A stretch of 64,000 nucleotides of DNA from Macrostomum lignano (Eukaryota). This document shows positions 36,927-49,540 of this stretch, one piece after another. Both the position numbers and the translations under genes were made by a program. How positions within the stretch are numbered: the first letter of the stretch is position 1; each line of letters begins with the position of its first letter. The DNA lies in contig NIVC01002760.1 of the NCBI GenBank assembly GCA_002269645.1, positions 62,001 through 126,000 on the forward strand, in the 5' to 3' direction. The notes below the pieces were generated by a model, which worked only from the letters and a program-made list of their open reading frames with translations, was not told the origin of the DNA and did not search any database.

Positions 36927-39900
36927 GACTAACTAACTAGCTAACTAACTGACTAACTAACTAACTAACTAACTAGCTAACTAACTAACTCCCTTACCTG
37001 TCTAAGCAGTCCCTCCTGCTGCCATATCTGGGCAGCGGGCACAGTCTGTAGTCAGGGTCGGTCTCCAGATAGGCAGGTGGCTGGTCGAAGGCCCGCATTC
37101 CGGGCGCGGGGTTGAAGGCGTGCATGGGGTGGTACTGGGTCGGCCGGGCCAGCGCCTCGGGCGGCTGCAGCAGCAGCGGCACCTCCGCCTCGGCGCTCTC
37201 CGCCTCAATTTCGCCCAGCGTTGCCACCCGGAAATCTTCCGTAGCCTGCGAGGCCAACGGCACCTCGACCAGCTCGTCGATGGCACCCTGGCGGAGCTGG
37301 CGAGGCCTGGCCGCGGTCACGTGACCCTTGGACAGGGCGTGCACGTCCACCCTGTCGTAGTGCTGCAGCTGGTAGTGCAGCGGCACCTGCAGCGGGTGGA
37401 AGGCGTAGCTTCTCCGACAGACCGGCTGCTCCGGCATCGGGGGGAACAGCGGCGGCGCAGCCTCCTCCATCTTCTTGATCTGTTGAGCCGTCTGGTGAGT
37501 CGGGAAGGTCAGCGTGCCGACGCTCTCGAGCTGCAATTGGCTGTCCTTCAGCTGCTCCTCAGCGAGCTCCTCGTCCTCCTCTTTGCGCTCCATGTCGGCT
37601 GCGAGGATTATCAAAGAGGATTAATGACGTAGGGATTGAAATTTGAAAGCGATTAGTGTTGATCTCACGATAAGAAATGTGGATTAAGAATAAATATACG
37701 AATTGTAGAGTTGAGGGATGGCATCGGGAAGTAGTGATAAAGATTGAGATTATCGATGGGGGATTAGGGATCAGAGTTGGATTAAGGGTGATAATTGGGA
37801 TTAAGGGTCAATTTAGGATTAGGGTTCTAGTTTGGGATTAAGGAGTCCAGGTTGGGATGAAGGGTCCAGGTTGTGATTAGGGATCAGGATTGGGATTAGG
37901 GGTCCAGGTTGGTATTTAGGGTCCAGGTTGGGATTAGGGGTCCAGGTTGGTATTTAGGGTCCAGGTTGGGATTAGAGGTCCAGGTTGGAATGAAGGGTCC
38001 AGGTTGTGATTAGGGATCAGGATTGGGATTAGGAGTCTAGATTGGGATTTAGGGTCCAGGTTGGGATTAGTGGTCCAGGTTGGGATTAGTGGTCTAGGTT
38101 GGGATTAGGAGTCCAGGTTGGGATTAGGGGTCCAGGTGGGGATTAGTGTTCAGGATTTATGATTAGGGATCAGAATTGGGATGATAGATCAAAAATGAAA
38201 TAAAAAGCAGAATTTTGAGTACTTTTGAGTGGGCTTTGGATTAAGGATGATCACACCTAGAATCTTAGAAGTGCGAGTGCCAGATAACTTCAGATGCAAA
38301 AGTGAACTTGGGTTAAAACTTCATCCTGCATCACACAGCAGAATTGGTACAATCGGTACAATAAAAATATTCTGCAACTGTTACTAAAAGAAGCTTTTAG
38401 CTAAAACATAAAAATTTCAAATTCGATTATTAGAGTCAAACGGAATACAATGTGCATTGTTGCAGACGCTAAATAAAATTTAAGTTTTGCATTCGCACTC
38501 GGTGAATATAATTGACCTCAACTTGTGCAACCTTATTCTTCTTCAAAAAAGTTGTGCAATGTGTCTATTGTTGCTTTTAAAACTCTACAACTAATTATAA
38601 CTTACACAGAAACGGTATGAAGGCGTTTTCTGAAATAATATTATTGTTTATTAATTTGCTTGGAAATAAAATCAATTCATTTGGCGAGTTTTTTATCATA
38701 AACATTGTTCAGATTGTGGTTAAATAAAATGCAGCGAATTTGATCACTGTTGCTAGGGGCGCAAATTTGGTTGCTAGGCCCGGTAGAACCCCTAGTTGTT
38801 TGGGCCGCTAAAATTCCAGTTACTAGGGATGCCAATATGGTTTCTAAGGACACTGAAATCTCCGTTTCAAAGGACGCTAACACGGTTGTTAGGGGTAACC
38901 GAAATTCCAGTTGCTAGGGACGCCAATATGGTTGCTAAGGACACCGAAATCTACGTTTCTAAGAACGCTAACACGTTGCTATGGGGACCTCAATTCCAGT
39001 TGCTAGGGACGCCAATATGGTTGCCAAACTCGCCGAAATTCTTGTTGCTAGGGACACCAACGCCTGTTACTAAGGATACCAAAAGGGTTGTTATAAGCGC
39101 CAATATATGGTTGCTAGGGCCATTAAAATTCCTGTAGCTAAGGGTTGCCAATTTCGGTTGCTAAGGCCACCCAAATTAGATGTAAAGGTCTCTAAAACTG
39201 TTGTAGTCTGTGTTGAAACCACAGCCTTAAGCAAGCTATAGTTGAAAGCGACCTTCAGTCCGACACACAAACAACGCTAGCAGCTCTACTCACTAGTAGT
39301 CAGGGCAGCGTATTTCCCTTTGCCCCAGTCGATGAACAGCTGCCTCAATCCGGCCAGTTTCTCGTCCGCCCGCCGTCTGACGATCACCTTCCAGGCCGCC
39401 TGCACAAATTGGAATCTCGCCGACCACCGACTCTCCCATTTGTCGTTTTTGTACAGGTCGAAATTGGCTGTCGGCGTGGGCGCCGAATCTTGGCCGTCGG
39501 ACGCGTCCACTTGACGCCGGGTGCGTCGCGACTGGGCCTCGGTGTCGGAGCGCTCCAGCTCCTCGGCCGGCGTCGGGTCGCCGCGCTTTCTCTGAGGGTC
39601 GAAGAGGCGGTGGGGAGGGCTCAATTTTTGACAGTGCCGTGAAAAGTCGGCTCATGAGTAGAAATACTCATTTTATGAGTAGAAATCGCCCCATGAATAA
39701 AAATCACCCCATGAATAAAAATCGCCTCATGAACAAAAATCGTATCATGAATAACAATCACCCCTTTAATAAAAATCGCTCCATGAATAAAAATCGCTGC
39801 ATTAAAAATCGCCCCATGATTTAAAGTCGTCCCATGAATAAAAATCGCCCCATTAATTAAAATCGTCCCATTAATAAAAATCGCCCCATGATTAAAAATC

Positions 39901-42900
39901 GTCCGATGAATAAAAATCGCCCCTTGATTGAAAATCGCCCCATGATAAATAACCGCCTATAGAAAATAAAAATCGCTAATGATGGAAAATCGCCCTAAAT
40001 GAACAAGAAGTAACCCCATGATTAAAAATCCAGCTTTCAAAAAGCAGTCAGTAAAAAACCATTAATTAAACCTTTAAAAAGTCACATTTCCCTCGAAAGA
40101 GTTTCCCCCACAAAAAATTCCCTTTTAAAATTGACATTTAAAAATTATATTTCAATCATCTGCGCAGTTTTTTGAAAATTGCGGCAAACTTTAACCTAGT
40201 TTCAACTTTTTAAGTACATGTATTACGAGCTATGTAAATTTCTTTGGTATGCAGACAGAAGGAAGGGATTGTGGTTTCTGGTTGTCATGGAAACGCCAAA
40301 AAACATTAGGACTGGGTTATATACTAAAAGTACTATAATTTTCGAACCGGGTGGTGCCTCCAGTCAATCATTGAGATAAGAATACAGCATGCATGTGGAG
40401 GAGACTAAACTACAGTAGAGGAACAAGCACGCAAGTGCATAGAGAGTCAATCCATCATGCATGCCAGTCTGCATCCGAAATGCAATATGCAAATACATGC
40501 GTGCCCTGTTCTAATTTTTTCAGCATTATTGCCTACTGCCTTGAGTTTCTTTGCTTCTATCTAAATTGAAGATGCACAGTTATAGCCTCGCTGGCTTTGT
40601 GTCTTCTATAGTTTTACTTTCGGTGTACACTTATTTTTGAAAGTAAATTTAATGCTAGTAGTAGGCTTTTACTACTTTTGTTTTTTTATTTGGAAATGCA
40701 AAGAGATCTAGGTGGGACGAAAGATAAATAAAGGGATAGAGAGAGCAGTAGAGGAAGGGAGAGAGAGGGGTAGAGGGGTAGAGGAAGGGAGAGAGCTGAG
40801 AAAGAGGGGTAGAGGAAGGGAGAGAGTGGAGAAAGAGGAGTAGAGGAAGGGAGAGAGTGGAGAAAGAGGAGTAGAGGAAGGGAGAGAGTGGAGAAAGAGG
40901 AGTAGAGGAAGGGAGAGAGAGGAGAGAGCGGTAGAGGAAGGGAGAGAGCGGAGAGAGGGGTAGAGGAAGGGAGAGAGCGGAGAAAGAGGGGTAGAGGAAG
41001 GGAGAGAGTGGAGAAAGAGGAGTAGAGGAAGGGAGAGAGTGGAGAAAGAGTGGTAGAAGTAAGGAAAGAGCGGAGAGGGGTAGGTGTATGGAGAGAGTGG
41101 AGAGAGGGGTAGAGGAAGGGAGAGAGCGGAGAAAGAGGGGTAGAGGAAGGGAGAGAGTGGAGAAAGAGGAGTAGAGGAAGGGAGAGAGTGGAGAAAGAGT
41201 GGTAGAAGTAAGGAAAGAGCGGAGAGGGGTAGGTGTATGGAGAGAGTGGAGAGAGGGGTAGAGGAAGGGAGAGAGCGGAGAAAGAGGGGTAGAGGAAGGG
41301 AGAGAGTGGAGAAAGAGTGGTAGAAGTAAGGAAAGAGCGGAGAGGGGTAGGTGTAGGGAGAGAGTGGAGAGAGAGAGCGGTAGAGGAAGGGAGAGAGCGG
41401 AGAGAGGGGTAGAGGAAGGGAGAGAGCGGAGAAAGAGGGGTAGAGGAAGGGAGAGAGTGGAGAAAGAGGAGTAGAGGAAGGGAGAGAGTGGAGAAAGAGG
41501 AGTAGAGGAAGGGAGAGAGTGGAGAAAGAGGGGTAGAGGAAGGGAGAGAGCGGAGAAAGAGGGGTAGAGGAAGGGAGAGAGTGGAGAAAGAGTGGTAGAA
41601 GTAAGGAAAGAGCGGAGAGGGGTAGGTGTAGGGAGAGAGTGGAGAGAGAGAGCGGTAGAGGAAGGGAGAGAGCGGAGAGAGGTGTAGAGGAAGGGAGAGA
41701 GCGGAGAAAGAGGGGTAGAGGAAGGGAGAGAGTGGAGAAAGAGTGGTAGAAGTAAGGAAAGAGCGGAGAGGGGTAGGTGTAGGGAGAGAGTGGAGAAAGA
41801 GGAGTAGAGGAAGGGAGAGAGTGGAGAAAGAGGGGTAGAGGAAGGGAGAGAGCGGAGAAAGAGGGGTAGAGGAAGGGAGAGAGTGGAGAAAGAGTGGTAG
41901 AAGTAAGGAAAGAGCGGAGAGGGGTAGGTGTAGGGAGAGAGTGGAGAGAGAGAGCGGTAGAGGAAGGGAGAGAGCGGAGAGAGGTGTAGAGGAAGGGAGA
42001 GAGCGGAGAAAGAGGGGTACAGGAAGGGAGAGAGTGGAGAAAGAGGAGTAGAGGAAGGGAGAGAGTGGAGAAAGAGGAGTAGAGGAAGGGAGAGAGTGGA
42101 GAAAGAGGAGTAGAGGAAGGGAGAGAGTGGAGAAAGAGGAGTAGAGGAAGGGAGAGAGTGGAGAAAGAGGAGTAGAGGAAGGGAGAGAGTGGAGAAAGAG
42201 GAGTAGAGGAAGGGAGAGAGTGGAGAAAGAGGAGTAGAGGAAGGGAGAGAGTGGAGAAAGAGGAGTAGAGGAAGGGAGAGAGTGGAGAAAGAGGGGTAGA
42301 GGAAGGGAGAGAGCTGAGAAAGAGGGGTAGAGGAAGGGAGAGAGTGGAGAAAGAAGAGTAGAGGAAGGGAGAGAGTGGAGAAAGAGGAGTAGAGGAAGGG
42401 AGAGAGTGGAGAAAGAGGAGTAGAGGAAGGGAGAGAGAGGAGAGAGCGGTAGAGGAAGGGAGAGAGCGGAAAGAGGGGTAGAGGAAGGGAGAGAGCGGAG
42501 AAAGAGGGGTAGAGGAAGGGAGAGAGTGGAGAAAGAGGAGTAGAGGAAGGGAGAGAGTGGAGAAAGAGTGGTAGAAGTAAGGAAAGAGCGGAGAGGGGTA
42601 GGTGTATGGAGAGAGTGGAGAGAGGGGTAGAGGAAGGGAGAGAGCGGAGAAGAGGGGTAGAGGAAGGGAGAGAGCGGAGAAAGGGGGGTAGAGGAAGGGA
42701 GAGAGTGGAGAAAGAGGAGTAGAGGAAGGGAGAGAGTGGAGAAAGAGGAGTAGAGGAAGGGAGAGAGTGGAGAAAGAGGAGTAGAGGAAGGGAGAGAGTG
42801 GAGAAAGAGGAGTAGAGGAAGGGAGAGAGTGGAGAAAGAGGAGTAGAGGAAGGGAGAGAGTGGAGAAAGAGGAGTAGAGGAAGGGAGAGAGAGGAGAGAG

Positions 42901-45852
42901 GGGTAGAGGAAGGGAGAGAGCGGAGAAAGGGGGGTAGAGGAAGGGAGAGAGTGGAGAAAGAGGAGTAGAGGAAGGGAGAGAGTGGAGAAAGAGTGGTAGA
43001 AGTAAGGAAAGAGCGGAGAGGGGTAGGTGTAGGGAGAGAGTGGAGAGAGAGAGCGGTAGAGGAAGGGAGAGAGCGGAGAGAGGTGTAGAGGAAGGGAGAG
43101 AGCGGAGAAAGGGGGGTAGAGGAAGGGAGAGAGTGGAGAAAGAGGAGTAGAGGAAGGGAGAAAGTGGAGAAAGAGGGGTAGAGGAAGGGAGAGAGAGGAG
43201 AGAGGGGTAGAGGAAGGGAGAGAGAGGAGAGAGGGGTAGAGGAAGGGAGAGAGCGGAGAAAGGGGGGTAGAGGAAGGGAGAGAGTGGAGAAAGAGGAGTA
43301 GAGGAAGGGAGAGAGAGGAGAGAGGGGTAGAGGAAGGGAGAGAGTGGAGAAAGAGTGGTAGAAGTAAGGAAAGAGCGGAGAGGGGTAGGTGTAGGGAGAG
43401 AGTTGAGAGAGAGAGCGGTAGAGGAAGGGAGAGAGCGGAGAGAGGTGTAGAGGAAGGGAGAGAGCGGAGAAAGAGGGGTAGAGGAAGGGAGAGAGTGGAG
43501 AAAGAGGAGTAGAGGAAGGGAGAGAGTGGAGAAAGAGGGGTAGAGGAAGGGAGAGAGAGGAGAGAGGGGTAGAGGAAGGGAGAGAGAGGAGAGAGGGGTA
43601 GAGGAAGGGAGAGAGCGGAGAAAGGGGGGTAGAGGAAGGGAGAGAGTGGAGAAAGAGGAGTAGAGGAAGGGAGAGAGTGGAGAAAGAGGAGTAGAGGAAG
43701 GGAGAGAGTGGAGAAAGAGGAGTAGAGGAAGGGAGAGAGTGGAGAAAGAGGAGTAGAGGAAGGGAGAGAGTGGAGAAAGAGGAGTAGAGGAAGGGAGAGA
43801 GTGGAGAAAGAGGAGTAGAGGAAGGGAGAGAGTGGAGAAAGAGGAGTAGAGGAAGGGAGAGAGTGAAGAAAGAGGAGTAGAGGAAGGGAGAGAGTGGAGA
43901 AAGAGTGGTAGAAGTAAGGATAGAGCGGAGAGAGAGAGAGAAGGGTAGAGGAAAGGGAGAGCGGAGAGAGAGAAGGAAAATGAGTGAGCGCCAGCGGAGA
44001 CAGGGGTGGCTCTTTGGAGAGAGGCTAAAGGAGGGAAAGGGTGAGGCATTTGACTGTAAAATCTCATTGTCAAACCATATTGCAGTGTTGTACAATTTTT
44101 TACTACTCGTACCCTTTCAATCTTAAATTCAGGAGCTCACTGACTGGAATTCCAGAATCCATCAAGCTGTTAAACGGAAGGCATTGAGCTTGAGCATGAC
44201 ATTGAGCTGTCGTTATACATTGAAACTCAGTCCTAACACTGCTATATACTCTAAGAGAAATTTATTGGGTAAAATGACAGCAGAACACAAGGTTGAAGTA
44301 TCAGAACCATTCAAAATTACAAGGGATGCATAACTTTATTTGGCTATTGAATTTTAATTGAAAGCCTACCTGGATCTTTTAATTGAGTTCTGAGTATTCT
44401 TTTAATATTATGTTTATTGAAATACTTGTTTCGGCGCTACTAGTGTCTGTTCTGGCGCTACTGGTGTCTGTCTTGGCGCTACTAGTGTCTGTTGTGGCGC
44501 TACTAGTGTCTGTTGTGGCGCTACTGGTGTCTGTTCTGGCGCTACTGGTTTCTGTTGTTGCGCTACTGGTGTCTGTTCTGGCGCTACTGGTGTCTGTTCT
44601 GGCGCTACTAGTGTCTGTTGTGGCGCTACTAGTGTCTGTTGTGGCGCTACTAGTGTCTGTTGTGGCGCTACTAGTGTCTGTTTTGGCGCTACTGGTGTCT
44701 GTTGTTTTGGCTTTACTAGTGTCTGTTGTGGCGCTACTAGTGTCTGTTCTGGCGCTATTAGTGTCTGTTGTTTTGGCGCTACTAGTGTCTGTTGTGGCGC
44801 TACTAGTGTCTGTTCTGGCGCTATTAGTGTCTGTTGTTTTGGCGCTACTAGTGTCTGTTGTGGCGCTACTAGTGTCTGTTCTGGCGCTACTAGTGTCTGT
44901 TCTGGCGCTACTAGTGTCTGTTCTGGCGCTACTAGTGTCTGTTCTGGCGCTATTAGTGTCTGTTGTTTTGGCGCTACTAGTGTCTGTTGTGGCGCTACTA
45001 GTATCTGTTCTGGCGCTACTAGTGTCTGTTGTTTTGGCGCTACTAGTTTCTGTTCTGGCGCTACTAGTGTCTGTTCTGGCGCTACTAGTGTCTGTTGTTT
45101 TGGCGCTACTAGTGTCTGTTCTGGCGCTACTAGTGTCTGTTCTGCCGCTACTAGTGTCTGTCTTGGCGCTGCTAGTGTCTGCTGTCTGCTGGCGCTATTA
45201 ATTAGACTCTCTCATTCAGCTTTCCACTTGATCTCTTTATTATATTGAACTCATCACAAATACCCGATGGACATTAATACCTAAATAAAAGAAGTCGGAC
45301 AGCAAAATTTCTCTGAGGCAGATGGTCGGAAATGCAGCAATGACAGCCTCCATAATTGCTAAGCCCCGAGGTCCGGAACCGGAAGCGAATATTGGCAGGC
45401 AGTTGATAGCTGAGGGGAGACTGCGGATGCTGGGTGGGGATGAGAGGCGGATTTTGTTGAGCCCCAGCTGCTGCTGACTCACGGCGGCATCTGCCTGGCC
45501 GGCTTTGGGTGGAAGCCACTCACGATTAACTACTCAGTGCTGCTGAATCAGCTGTGCACTTGAGCACTGGGGACTGCTGACTTAGAGGGGTGACAGCGGT
45601 GGAGATAGGCACTAAGACAGACAGAAACTTAGAGGCAGACAGACAGACAGACAGACAGGCTGACAGACCGACAGACAGGCAGACACACTAAGGCGGACAG
45701 ACAGGCGGACAGACAAACAGACAGACAGACAGATAGACAGACACTTGGAGGCGGACAGACAGACACTATGACAGACACTAAGACAGACAGACACTAAGAC
45801 AGACAGACACTAAGACAGACGGACGGACGGACAGACAGACAGACAGACACTA

Positions 45853-45908
<56 letters not shown>

Positions 45909-46020
45909 GGACAGACAAACCGACAGACAGACAGACAGACGCTTGGAGGCGGACAGACAGACACTATGACAGACACTAAGACAGACGGACACTAAGACAG
46001 ACAGACAGACAGACAGACAC

Positions 46021-46067
<47 letters not shown>

Positions 46068-49000
46068 CACAGACAGACACACAGACAGACAGACAAACAG
46101 ACAGACACACAGACAGACACACAGACAGACAGACACTAGGAGACAATCAAGCTTGCATAAATTCCCATGATTAAAACAAGCCCTAACAGAAATTCGACAA
46201 AGCATAGCTACCATGCAGACAAGACTTCCCTCATTCATGCTGGCTAGTTTGTAATCCAAAAATAACCCAGGTGCAAAGGTTCGCAGACAGCTTTGGCCCT
46301 CACCAAGGCAATAGAGATTTCGTGGAGGTTTCGAACGCCACTTGCCCGCCCACCCTCCAATCATCTTAAAGGAACTAGCCGTTAGGATACCGCCTAAAAA
46401 CTGCTGGATGCGGCAGAACAGACTTTCCAGCTGGGCAGTACAGGAGAATTCGGATCCGTCCTAGTCACTCTGTACTTTTACTCTCTCCTTCCATCGTTCC
46501 CTTGTCGGCAGCCAATGGGAGTTTACGGTATGATTGACTGGAAGATAACCATCAGGCTTACTAAGGTTGGCCGCGTTATTCGTAGCCCCTAGCAACCAGA
46601 AACCGAAGTACCTACTCAAACATACAGTATATAACTCCCCTAGATACAGTGCAAGCCTCATCTTGTTTACTCGACAAACTTGAGACCCCACAGTCAACTC
46701 GTTTTTTTAGATTGATTGATTGATTGCCGAAGCCAGTCACCAAGTCTGACCGAAGTTTGAGTAGCTTAAGTGGAAAAATTGAATGCCGCCCTGATTAGGA
46801 AGCGATCAAGTGAAACGAATTAGCTGTGTAGGACTGCACTGAGTACACATGCTCGTAGCTACTCTGAAGTACTCAACTATGAAAACTGGACGACAGTCTC
46901 CTTGAGAGTAGATCGCGTCAATTTGTATTTGGGGTTGACCGACCGAGCGATAAGAACCAACCATCCAAGTAGTCCGCAGACTCGCATGCATGCATCAGCA
47001 CTGAGGTACAGAGTCTGACTGACTATCGAGCAACTAAGACCCCTGGTTAAGATTCCCAATTTGACACTTGGCAACGAAAATTAAATTGTCTAGGAGGGGG
47101 GGGGGTTTCACAGAGCTCAGAGTGACATGCCTGACGATTAGCAAGTCACATTGGGCCACTGTAACCCTGTGTGAGTGTGTGAATGAGTGCGCGCTTTTAT
47201 GTCCTCAATAGTCAAGCGGAATCGAATATTTATTGTTTCGAGTAAGTATTGTAACCATGGCAACGTTAGCTCACCCGGTAGTACTGCCAGGCCATTTCTC
47301 GCTCCGCTAGCATAGCAGCCGTCTCCTCATCCGTGAGCACATTGTCGCCCAGCTTCACCTGCCAACGCAGCTGGTTTTGCCTCTCGTCGTAGACATTCTG
47401 CGTCACCTCCTGTTCGAACACAGCCTCCTTCATCTGGCGCGAAGCTGACAGACCGGTTGCAGAGTTCTCCAGCGCGTCTCTGAGCTCCTTCATCTTGAGC
47501 CGGCCCTGCTTCTGGTTGAGCACCTGGGCAACAGCGAAGGGACTGCGAAGGTGCGGCGGAATTCGAAGACCGTTGCGTTCCACGGGTTGACGAACTCGCG
47601 GCTGTGGCAGAGACAACTGTTGCTGCTTTGAGGCGGCTCCTTGTGTTTTTTGTCGCTGCTGCTGCTTCTGCAGGGACTCTTGGCTGGCTCGCAGTTTGTT
47701 CCTTCGCGCACGTTCCAACGGTGAGAAAGCCCTGGGGTCCAGGCTCTGCTGCAGGGCCGCCGGGTCGCTGGGGTCCTCAAGGCCGTACATTTGGTACACC
47801 TGGTCGCGCTCCATTCCCGGAGCCGAGTGGCCCATCAGGTGGCAGGTGAGCGGGGCGAAGTTGAACTGCGACACCCGCAGCTCCATGGTCATCTCGGCGG
47901 TGACGAAGTCGATCGGGGCGAAGGTCACAGCAATGTCAACCTCGCCGTCAGCTGGAATCGAACCGCTGAGCGGCTCCACGGTGAACACCGGATTAGGATG
48001 GGTAATCTTGATCTCGAATTCGAACTCAACCGGAGCTCGAGAGCGTAGCGGAATGATCTGAGTGCGCCGGTAACCAACCGGTATTGCCGGGAATTTCACC
48101 TGCTTGGGGAACTCGTTGTAGCCCAGGACTGGGTAGGCGTGGATCGGGATGATCAGATTGTTCTTGTCGTCCTGCGAGAGGTTGTTCGGTGCAAAAATGG
48201 TTCATAAGTACACATCGGAACACAACCTGTCTAAAGTTATCTACACTTGAAAAAATCCGTCCCTACGGACATGGCTGGCCATAGACTATCGCTGTCCTTT
48301 TTAACACCCAGCAATGCGATGCCTTTACAGCCGAGAAGGGAGCGGGACAGGACTAGCATTGCTGACAATTCTCTGGACCATCTTACACACCTCAGGCTTG
48401 TCTACAGAAGCACGAAGCCTGATACTGCAGAATGCTAGCGGTTGTAGCCTGATGGTTAGAGCGTCGGACTCACGACTGAAGGATCGAGTCGGGGGGGGGG
48501 GTTCGAATCTCGACTCAACTAGGAACAATTTGTGTCCTTGAGCAAGACACTTAACTTACCAGCATTAGGAGGTACTCAGATAAGCTGGGGTGTAATTGAG
48601 GATGTGTGGGACCCCCCCCCCCTTCCAGTCCTTGGACTGAACAGCCGTACGCAGCCTTCAGATGCGCCGCGCAATAGCTGCGGCTGAGCTGTTGGTTGCA
48701 CCTATTCCAGAACTGAGTCAAATAATGTATTGAATTCAATTACGAGACGCAACTCTCTACTCACCTTGCTGTGAATCCGCAGCGCGTCGTAGTAGTACCG
48801 CACCTCGGTGGGCTTAAACTCCAGCACGCACTGGACAGCAAAGCCGGGCACCAGCCGATCCCGCTTCTCATAGGTCAGCTTGAAAAACGGCGTCTCAGGA
48901 GGTAGGATGTGAAATCTGGTCACCTCGGTGCTGACGTTGGCGAATTTCACTTTGCGCACGTGGATTTGATTCGGCGTGAAGCCGGCAAAGTGCACGACGG

Positions 49001-49399
49001 CTGGGTGCGCTTCTACGATGGCGTTGCGGCCCATCTTGTTGAAGATCTCTGAGTGAATGCGGGGCGTGCGAGAGGCTCGATGAGCTATAGCAAAGACTCA
49101 AAGGCGCGCGAAAATTTCCTCGTCCGTACAGAGTTCACAACTATGTCCGAGGACTCAACTTAAAGCTCTCAATACAATAGCTCGTACAGAACTCATCCAT
49201 AGCTATCACAAGACAGACAGACACTAAGACACTAAGACACTAAGACGCTAAGACAGACGGACACTAAGGCGCTAAAACAGACGGACACTAAGACTTTAAG
49301 ACACTAAGACAATGAGATAAGACACTAAGACAGACAGACAGACACTAAGACACTAAGACAGATAGACAGACAGACAGACAGACAGGCAGGCAGGCAGGC

Positions 49400-49436
<37 letters not shown>

Positions 49437-49475
49437 GGCAGGCAGACAGACAGACAGACAGACAGGCAGGCAGGC

Positions 49476-49540
<65 letters not shown>

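Noticed and set aside
40655-44095. 1146-aa and 1121-aa ORFs on the - strand
   Set aside because: A pyrimidine-rich repeat strand that rarely forms stop codons, with S/L/P/F low complexity, lying inside CFAP221 intron 3.
46150-47080. Possible LINE 3' fragment or solo LTR
   Set aside because: No diagnostic motif, paired repeat or TSD could be identified by eye.
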